From Sphagnum compactum (taxonomy: Eukaryota): a DNA stretch of 64,000 nt. Both the position numbers and the translations under genes were made by a program. The notes beneath the pieces were generated by a model. The model was not told the origin of the DNA, did no database searches, and saw only the letters and a list, made by a program, of their open reading frames with translations. Positions 55,162-64,000 of the stretch are shown piece after piece. The DNA lies in the NCBI GenBank assembly GCA_965153455.1, contig OZ234494.1:3286001-3350000 (forward strand), in the 5' to 3' direction. Position 1 is the stretch's first letter, and each line of letters starts with the position of its first letter.

Positions 55162-56045
55162 GCCATGACATGAATGCTGTAGGAAGAGAGATAAAAAAGA
55201 GATGAAGATGACCACGTACTTAGCCAAATAAATGGTTTCACAGTCACCCGCATTACACTCGTAAAGACCCACTTTTGCCTGAAAAAACCACAAATATAAG
55301 ACAGACAGACGGCATACACACACAAATCGGAATCTCCTAATCTCTCTGCTGCCTCCTCTGAACCCTGATAAACTCTAAACCCTAAACCCTAATCTCTGCT
55401 GCAAAAAAAAGAACTACTAGAAAATGTGCTTGCACAACAGTCCCTGGCAGAAGAAGATCAAAATAAGATCATGTGTCTCTTGAAAGATATGCTGTGTGGA
55501 AGAAGAAGAAGAAGAAGTTGGAGAATTGCAAAAACCTTTGGTGTATTGTAAGCCTCGAATGCGAATCCAGCGAGAAGAACAGCGAGATCCAGGTCGAAAG
55601 GAGGACGCGGTGGTGGTGGTGGTGATGGTGTTGGTGATGCACATTCTTCTTTGTCCTCTTCTTCAAACCTGGTTTTCACAAGCTGTCTTGGGAGTTTCTT
55701 CTTCGTCTTACCGGAAGAAGAAGAAGAAGAAGAAGAATGGGTGATGAAAGAATGGGAATGTCGTAATGGAAGAAGAAGATGATGATGATGAAGACTGCGA
55801 TGTGTCCGCAACTCTGACGATGATGATGATTCTTTCTTGCACGTGATTTTTTTCCCATCCTTGGGTGTGTTGCTCCCGATCTCCTTGGCAGCAGATACCC
55901 ATTTCATCAAACATTTGATCGAGGAAGAAGAAGTAGAACATGGAGTGTTGTTGTTGAATCGATTCGGATTGCAGGAAGAAGAAGAAGAAGAAGGGAAAGC
56001 GAGTGGAGAATCCTTCCAGGAAGAAGTCGCAGCAACAGATCCCAT
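48144..56045 (-). CDS. C2-domain class-3 lipase (At4g13550/HIL1, Chlamydomonas PGD1-like), probably plastid-targeted, ~19 exons, ~1004 aa
   Basis: Minus-strand exons: 56045-55536, 55278-55220, 55016-54935, 54818-54751, 54521-54452, 54275-54194, 53960-53896, 53662-52835, 52651-52202, 51969-51907, 51652-51606, 51255-51210, 50793-50711, 50548-50438, 50292-50208, 49602-49480, 49146-49066, 48880-48755. The last exon is probably 48179-48144 (alternative 48478-48464). Motifs: Ser-rich N-terminus, FDLDLAVLLAGFAFEAY, C2 (DPWGTSDPYV..WNEDF..AWDAN), lipase VVAFRGTE, VHGGFLDAY, TGHSLGGALA, YNFGSPRVGN, RVVNHRDIIPTVP, HMEDFYY. Confidence 0.93.
50853..51183. repeat. Intronic element built from AAAGAACC/GGTTC inverted sub-repeats (probable non-autonomous repeat)
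   Basis: Lies in lipase intron 12: ggtctttgatt...aatcaaagaacc, with repeated aaagaacc, ggttc and gggtatttca motifs. A related motif occurs at ~3673-3710. Confidence 0.5.
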
Positions 56046-57060
56046 TCTCTGAATTTTTTCGCTCCTTTCGATCAAATCCGTCAACAAAAGTCGGAACACA
56101 CGAAGAAGAAGAAGAAGAAGAATTTCGAACCCAAACCAACAACAACAACAACAACTTGTTCCGAGTGAGAGTTTCAAACTATAACGACGACATGAAGCAA
56201 GCAACCAACCACACGATACTTCCGAGAAAAACAAGAATTGGGTCGCGGATTTTCCAACTACCCAATTCTCAAAATGCAGTTTTCTATGTGAGAACATCCT
56301 CGGATGCCATTTTCGACAACACCCAATCTCTTTCCCATCGCTGCGATGCCCATCATCTCTAGAGTGTATTTTCAGCCGCGAATTCCAGGAAAAGGTTTTG
56401 TCCACTAGCTACCGATGAGTGATTCAAATGCTTCTTCACAATCTAGAGAGAGAGAGAGAGAGAGAGATGGTTTGCGACTCTTATGATGTCATTCTTTGAA
56501 GCACTTTCTGACACAAAGAGTGGGAAATAATATACATTGTCTGGAGCAAAACCTTGGCACAGATAATGCAATATCCATCCCCCTCCCCCCAAAACCCCAA
56601 ACTTGCAAACTAGGAAATGTTTGTTGAATTTTTATTTTACTTTTGTTGTTGCAGCTATCCCACAAAAAACCTCAGGGCTTGGTGGTTTGTGCCTGATGGA
56701 TGATACAACTGCATGATGGAGCATCATGAGAAGTCATCCTCCTCCAGAAGATTGATCCTTCACCCCTGGTAAGGACAAATCATTGTTTGCAGACATGTAA
56801 CTAGAGGCTCAGCAAGATTTGAGCATCACATATCTGTATGAATTTTGCTCAATTTCCACCACCACCCCATCGGCTTCCACATCTGCCAGAGTGACAATAG
56901 ATGCAGAGATGGATTTGAGAGTATGGGACATACCTGTGGGATGTGAATTGAATGATGTTTTGAGAGTCTATAGCTTTGCAGCATGATCATGAGACCTGTG
57001 GGATGTGAATTGAATGATGTTTTGGAGAGAGTCTACAGATTTGTAGCATGATGATCTCAT

Positions 57061-57900
57061 TTAGAAGAGGAGCAGACAGATGATCACGAAGCAGCCCAGG
57101 AGAATTAGCAAACGTGAAAGGAGAGCTTCCTGCTGGTGGTTTGGCATCTGCACAGGAGGTGGTTGTTGTTGTTGAGCTGGATGCATGCTGGACATGCCAG
57201 TTGCAGTGGATCCAAGGTGAATGCCTGGAGCTCCTGCACCACCTAATCCACCACTGCTTTCTGGGAAGCCATGCAAGTGAAAGCCAAAGAGGGAAGGGAA
57301 CAACCCGAATCCAGCCGAGAGTGTGATGTTGCCAAAGCGTGCAGTTGCAGCTGGACCTGCAGGGCTGGACATGAAATTGAATCCATGGTGCGAAGAAGAA
57401 TGGTATGATGATGGAGGATGCTGCTGCTGCTCTGACGATGAGTGTTGCCGGGGTGCAGTCTCAGGTCTTTGTCCAGCTGGTCGTTGTGGAATGCTCATCA
57501 TCATCACACCTGGCACAGCTTTGGTGCGAGGATCCACACAACATCCAACCTTGCCTCTCCCATACAATGGGATCACTCTCTCTTCTTCTACACTTGCCTT
57601 ACATACTGGACATTCTTGACAGATACTGTGCATCTGAAGCCACTGGTAGAGACATGGCCAGCAGAACAGATGTCCACAAAGAGTCACCACTGGATCCTGC
57701 GCCAGCTCCAAGCAAATGTTGCAATCAAAGCTTCCCCCTTGCTGCTGCTGCTGCTGCTGTTGCTGCAGCAGCTGCTCACTGTTGTTGCCTGCAGATGTTG
57801 CATCCTCTCCCACAGGGCTGGATGCAGCAGCAAATTCTGCTGCAAATTCCTGCAACTCAGCAGCAGCAGCAGCAGCACATGATTCTTCTACAAGATTCAT
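57061..57900 (-). CDS. RMA1: RMA-type (RNF5/RNF185-like) C3HC4 RING E3 ubiquitin ligase with C-terminal membrane anchor, 279 aa
   Basis: [31 protein letters not shown]...ECPVCKA...VIPLYGRG...[18 protein letters not shown] and the C-terminal TM segment [19 protein letters not shown]. Single coding exon. The symbol denotes the family; orthology was not tested. Confidence 0.95.
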   Translation of the reverse strand: MNLVEESCAAAAAAELQEFAAEFAAASSPVGEDATSAGNNSEQLLQQQQQQQQQGGSFDCNICLELAQDPVVTLCGHLFCWPCLYQWLQMHSICQECPVCKASVEEERVIPLYGRGKVGCCVDPRTKAVPGVMMMSIPQRPAGQRPETAPRQHSSSEQQQHPPSSYHSSSHHGFNFMSSPAGPAATARFGNITLSAGFGLFPSLFGFHLHGFPESSGGLGGAGAPGIHLGSTATGMSSMHPAQQQQPPPVQMPNHQQEALLSRLLILLGCFVIICLLLF

Positions 57901-59734
57901 GTCACTCTCTGCATACAGGCTGGCCCTTTTGAGAACCTACTTCCTTTTTCTCCCCCTTCTCCTCCTCCTCCTGTTCTCAATTCTGCTGCACTGAACCCTC
58001 CAGTTGTGCTTTGCTGCTTTGCTGTTCAGATGCTCTCTCTGTCTCTCTCTGTCTCTCTTTATTTCTTCCTTCCTTGCATCAACATCACCTCATGAAGAAG
58101 ATAGTTTTAAATGGTGAGGGGATTGGGATGCTGAAACCTGATTGATTTCACAGCTTTTCTGAATGAGAAAGTATCATGATTGCTTGCTTGATTGATTGAT
58201 GATCCTATACTCTTGCAAACAGAATTGAACATTGCAAGTCCTAGAGCTTCTCATCCTCAACAACCATACCCATTGATGCACAGCCTCAGCAATTCGATTC
58301 GGAGGAAGAGGAGGAGGAGGAGGTGGAATTCTTTCTTTGCTTGCTGGAGGAATACTCTTTGATTGTTGGAAGAACTGTGCTCTTTGATTGCTGAAGGAAC
58401 TCTTTGAACTCTTTGATTGCTGAAGGAATTCTTTGATTGTTGTTGTTTTTGGTGATGTGCCAGGCAACTGCTGCTGCTCACTCCCAGAACCCACAAATTT
58501 GCACAATTGAGATCATTCATCAACAAGAATTGCAATGATGTCAAATGGGTTGTGAGGAAAACAACAACACCAGATAGTACCATAGACAGGGATGTAGCAA
58601 AAGCTTGTCAACAACAGGCATGATGATGCATGTATGTGTGTAACAGAAATCAGGAGGTCAAGAAACTATGGGGAGAAGGAGAAACTCAACGTGTGACAAA
58701 CCAAAAAAGAGGAGCATCCATCATCATCATATCATCATCACAAATGCATTGCCAAAACAACAAGAGAGTTGATCCAGAGAGGTCACAAAATGGCAACAAA
58801 TTCTGAGAGAGAGAGAGAGAGAGAGTTGGGTGTTGTGTGGGATCAGCATGTGATTTGAGACCCACAGGAACAACGTGACGCTTCCATTTGGGTCTCAAAT
58901 CCTTTACACCCATAGGCTCTCTCTCTTTCTCTCTCTCTCTCTTCTCTCCTGTGTCTTTTTTTCTCTTCTTTTTGGGGTGCTTCTGGTTTGCATATTTATT
59001 CTTAGCCAAATCTTTTGACAGTTAGTTTCCAAGAGGCAAAAGTCTGTTGAGAATTGATTTGTTTTCTCTCTGCAGACAGACACCCAATGCTCTCAATTCC
59101 ATTCCCCAAACAATCAACACGATCCCTCTCTCTCTCTCTCTTTGATTTTTTTTATTACATACATACAAACAAAGATCTCTCTCTCTCTCTCTCTCTCTGA
59201 TCTTTTTTTTCCTGGAATTCTGGAACTTGCAGCAGAGTTCTGTTTCACAAGAATCTCTGAAATTTCCTTGCAGCACAATGCGCATTTTGGATGTATGGTG
59301 GAGGAGTAGATGTACCATATGCAAGAAGAGACCGAAGGTTCTTTGTCAGGATTTGAACGAGGACTGACCAGATTTCAAAAAAAATCTCCAATCTCTTGCA
59401 CATGCATTTTCGATGCGTGGAGGAGATGTGTACCGTAGGCAAAAAGAGATTGAAGGTGTTTTTCTTTGTCCTGATTTGAACCAGGTCTTACCCTCGTTTC
59501 ACAAAAATCTCAAATCCCTTGCACATGCAATTTCAATGTGGGGAGGAGATGTACTGAATAATGCAAAAGAATTCAATCAAAGAGAACAGATTATTTATCA
59601 CATTTCTTTGCCCATATGCCATGATGGATGTCAAGAAATCAAAACATGGGTGGTGCCCAAATGCTCGAGATTTAGCAACCCACAACCCAACAATTCATCA
59701 TATTCACATACATGATGCAATAGACAAAGGGGGA

Positions 59735-59892
59735 AAAAGGCTTATGTTAAGAAGAGCATATTGATCTCTTTCAATCTTCAATGTTTCAATTGTCTAGATT
59801 GTTGAGTATTCTTAAAAGGCTTATGTTAAGAAGAGCATATTGATCTCTTTCAATCTTCAATGTTTCAATTGTCTAGATTGTTGAGTATTCTT
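59735..59892. repeat. Perfect 79-bp tandem duplication
   Basis: aaaaggcttatgttaagaagagcatattgatctc...gttgagtattctt at 59735-59813 and 59814-59892. Confidence 0.95.
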
Positions 59893-62769
59893 GAAAGACA
59901 AAAAAAGGGTAGTGAAAAGAGGAATGCATGTTTCATCCTCATGCTTGTGTTACCAAGACAACACAAGCACATATGAGCAAAGCCCCAAGTATGATCCTCA
60001 TGTGATGCTATATAAAATATGGAGATTTGGTTCCTTGCCTATTTGTGGGTATATTGGGTAAGGTTGATTCACGAATGGTATTGCATCTCATAGCATTGCG
60101 GAGATATTGTGGGTGCAAAACATCATGAAAGCGTGTACAATTGTGAACTTGAACTTAAAACCCTTTTAGATTTGAACATGTGGTTGCATTGCTCTCTATC
60201 TCTCAATTAGAGCAATACCCATCAACAACAACAACAATAAAATGGCCTTTCTAGTATGTTTTGGAAGATGTATTACAATACACTTTCCATTCAATTCACT
60301 GAAGTTTTTTGAATTTTCTACATATCATGCAACTTTTGACGTAATCTTCTCCTCCTTATTTATGTCAAGAAGAACTTTTTATCATGGTAGATTGATCAAA
60401 AGCAATTTTATTAAATAAAAAATATCAATCCTTTTGGAGATTATTATATTGTGCACATATTACATGTCCAAATTCAATTCCACTATTAAAGGTTGTGGTT
60501 CGTCCAAAGTGTTGTGTAGAGGCCATTTTATTGCTACTTTTGGAATTGGTCTTTAAGTACAAAAACCGAGTCAAAAGGGAGAGAATTTAGCTTAGAGGTG
60601 TGCAAGTGAACCTCCTACCAATTCTTTACCATTGAACTTGACTTGGGGGTGCCAACAACTTGTCAAGTCAAGTCGAGGGTGACTCGAGGGTTTCAACGAC
60701 TTGTGAAGTCAAGTCTTATGTGTTGTGCTTTAGAAACAAAAAGAAAAGAAAAAGGGAGAACATTTAATTTGGGGTTTCTTTATAAACAAAAAGGAAACAA
60801 ACATAATGATAAAAATCGGATGCAAACAACTTGGATCTTTACCCATGTAAAAATATTGTAATGGAATTAATAAAATGGCCAAAATTCAAATGCAATCTAA
60901 AACTAAAAACAATCCTTTCCATTAAGATTTTTTTTTTTCAATTTTGTGATATTGAAAATGTTGGAATTTTTTTTTTCAAAAATTAGCAAAACTAGTTGAA
61001 CTTATACAATGAAAAAATCAGAAATTTCCCATTTTTGGTCCAAAAATGAAGAAAAAAAAAATCCAACAAATTGAAATCTTATACTTTCCATATTCAACAT
61101 TAAAATAAACTTCTTTATTTTCATTTTTTAAATGCTTTTAATTATGATCTAGTATGGGATCCAAAGGTGTAAAACAAATTCTATCTTAAATATTTATCCT
61201 CTAATTGAGTACTCCATCATTTTATAATGGCCAAATTACCTTTGAGTGCATGATAATTTGTTGTAATTGTTCAACCTTTTTTTGGTTTGGATTCATGTCA
61301 AACATTCTAGTTAGAATGTTTTTGTTCCGTCCAATCTCTTCAATTGTGTATTAAAAAAATTCACATGAAAAAAAATATTTAAAAAACATAATCTTCATTT
61401 TGAAAAAAAGTTGTTACAAGTAGTGAATGATGAAAGATATCTTAAGACCCCATTCCCCCCAATTTAATGTTTTGTATTTAGATATGTCATTATATCTCCA
61501 TTGTTTTCAACAACAATGAAGTTTTAAATTAGACTAATTTGTATATTTATCATCATTCTTCCACCTTTTTGGAATAACTCTTCGGATTCTAAATCGTTGA
61601 CCTCTTCATTAAACCTTATGTAATAGAATATAAATCACATGTCAAAATTATTACACAAGGAGAATATGGGCCAAAAAAACCAATATGTAATAAAACAAAC
61701 AATCAATGTGAGAAAACATAAGTTTTTGGCAACATAAAAATCATTTTTGATTCCTTTGCTAATATAGTGTTTAAAATGATTTTGGGGGGTTCCCAATGTG
61801 TTCCCAATAGAACTAATTTTATCCCATATCCTTCACCTTGAATTATATATTATTACAACATATATAAGCAACCCAAAAGCAAAAGGTGACTATAATATAT
61901 ATTTTTTGAGATTGTCCAAAGATTTTATTTTAGTTTTTCACACATGTGTCCTTGAATATGTTTTTATTTAAATGACTAAAAATGTTATTCATTATTAGAA
62001 GTTTTGAAAGCAAATGGGTTGGAAATGTTTATATACATTGTTGAAATAAATTGAAGGTTCAAGAAGTTTTCTCGTTTTGAAAACAAAGTGGTTGAAAAAA
62101 AGTTCTTCTATACATGTATTTTTTGTGAAGAGAAGATTGTGAGTTTTGAACACATGATGATGATTTTAAAAATATTTCAAAACTTAGCATGAGATAGCAA
62201 AGGAAAGCCTAAATACAAAAGACAACTTTACAAATAATTTTAATACATTTGATATTGTGTTGTTGGCTTGGGTATATTAAAATTTGTATAAGGTCACCAC
62301 CCATCCTTATGTGATGTACTATTTTAAGTTGAAGTGTGCATAATTTCAAATTTCTTATGGAACATTTAATTTAATTTTTAACAATGAATAATTTTTTTTA
62401 GAAAAAACAAAAATCATTCTTAAAAAATGAGTAACTTTTGCTCCATTGGTTTAAAAATTGCAAGATGACAAATTGTGCACATTGTCTCAACAAGGATTTT
62501 TAAACAATAATAATACCAAAAGCACAATCAATGAACCTTCATCATTTGGGGAGGTCACATTAATGGTCACATGGAAACTAAACAATATTTTATGTAATTT
62601 AAATAATAATTTAAAATTTAATTTAATTTAAATAATTATTTTTATTTTTATTTTAAATTTAAATTAAATGAATTTATTTTTAATTAATTTAATTTAAATT
62701 TGGAACTGGAAATGAAGAACCGCCCAACATTCTTTCTTAGTTCTTTACTCACAAATAAATACACCACAT

Positions 62770-63250
62770 GGCGGGTCCCCGAAAGAATCGCCGGGCGACT
62801 GTCCAGCGCAACGAGCGGGTCACCCAATGACTCCCCGGGCAACTGCAGCAAGGTAACGACCGCTGTCGTCGCCCAATGAATCCTCGGGCAAATGCACCAA
62901 ACTTCACGACCGGGTCGCTCGCCCCGTGAATCTCCGGCCTCGTGAGCGAGTCACCTGCAGCGTAACGACTTGTGTCGCCCAATGAATCCTCGGCCGACTA
63001 CTGCAGCAGCAACGTAACGACCGGATCGGATCGCCCAATGAACCCTCGGGTCGAAACTGCGGCAGAGAGAGTAACGACCGGATCGGGTCGCCCAATGAAT
63101 CCTCGGGTCAAAACTGCAGCAGAGTGACGACCGACCGGGTCGCCCAATGAATCTTCAGGCAAATGCAGCAGCGTCACGATCGGGTCAGCCGAAGAATCTT
63201 CAGGCGATTCCAGCCACGTAACCGCCGGGTCACCCCATGAATCCCCGGCC
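62770..63250. repeat. GC-rich minisatellite-like array, ~10 units of 45-57 bp, core ACGACCGGGTCGCCCAATGAATCCTCGG
   Basis: Cores at ~62780, 62825, 62874, 62925, 62980, 63036, 63093, 63145, 63190 and 63235 (spacings 45,49,51,55,56,57,52,45,45), with variable ctgcagc-containing linkers. Confidence 0.9.
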
Positions 63251-63605
63251 GCGCTCGCGCTGGCTGCGGCGGCTCCCACCACTGCTCCTCGTGTGCTTGC
63301 GTGTTTGCAGCGTTGCCTCTCCCCCTCCCCCCTGCCGCGTCGCTTCCTTGCTGCTGTGCTTCCTTGTTCTCTTCTGAGATCGGTAGCAGCTGCTGTTGTT
63401 GCTGTTGCAGTTGTTGCTGTTTTTCTTTTGTTGTTTTGGTCAGTTTTGTTTTTGGGTCCTTTTGGAATAGAGTTCTTGAGTGCTTATGTGCAGTACTGAA
63501 TACCAGAATTGGCGTCATGGGCATTGTTATTCACAGCTTGTAGATTGCGGGATTGTTAATATTGTACCGAGTTTCGATTGGGTTTTGTTTGATTTTTTTT
63601 CTTAG

Positions 63606-64000
<395 letters not shown>

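Noticed and set aside
56046..56405. Longer N-terminus of the lipase ORF (55458-56405)
   Set aside because: Low-complexity leader sequence with a non-ATG start. MGSVAATSS at 56045 begins a typical Ser-rich transit-like peptide.
57114..57994. Multiple + strand Cys/Ala-rich ORFs over the RING gene
   Set aside because: Antisense shadows of CAG/GCA-rich coding sequence.
62770..63250. CRISPR-like repeat-spacer appearance (also 245-845)
   Set aside because: The linkers are related to each other, the repeats are degenerate, no cas genes are present and the context is a eukaryotic gene region.
62749..63282. Minus-strand repetitive ORFs (PEDSLGDP.., RGFIGR..)
   Set aside because: Unit lengths of 45-57 bp shift the frame between units, so these are by-products of the array.

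Overview
Eukaryotic, intron-rich land-plant nuclear DNA. Composition, microsatellite load, TTTAGGG-type repeats and a sperm-flagellum-type gene suggest a bryophyte such as Sphagnum (inference). Well-supported genes: a complete 15-exon Mediator subunit MED12 (+, 29124-45042, about 2267 aa, two GC-AG introns, three upstream ORFs); a convergent ~19-exon C2-domain/class-3 lipase (-, 56045 to ~48144); an intronless RMA-type RING E3 ligase (-, 57061-57900); the first exon of ethanolamine-phosphate cytidylyltransferase PECT1 (+, 63696 to window end); and a PGPGxY (SHIPPO/ODF3-type) repeat protein (-, 14607-15155). The AT-rich left half also holds a decayed Ty1/copia internal region, a second copia RT fragment, a hAT-like fragment, a 269-bp TIR element, several tandem repeats, a collapsed F-box pseudogene behind an ABRE cluster and a weak hypothetical gene. 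The most unusual non-coding structure is a GC-rich 10-unit array (palindrome plus CCAAT core, 45-57 bp period) just upstream of PECT1. No tRNA, rRNA or CRISPR was recognised. All calls come from reading the sequence by eye; no searches were run.
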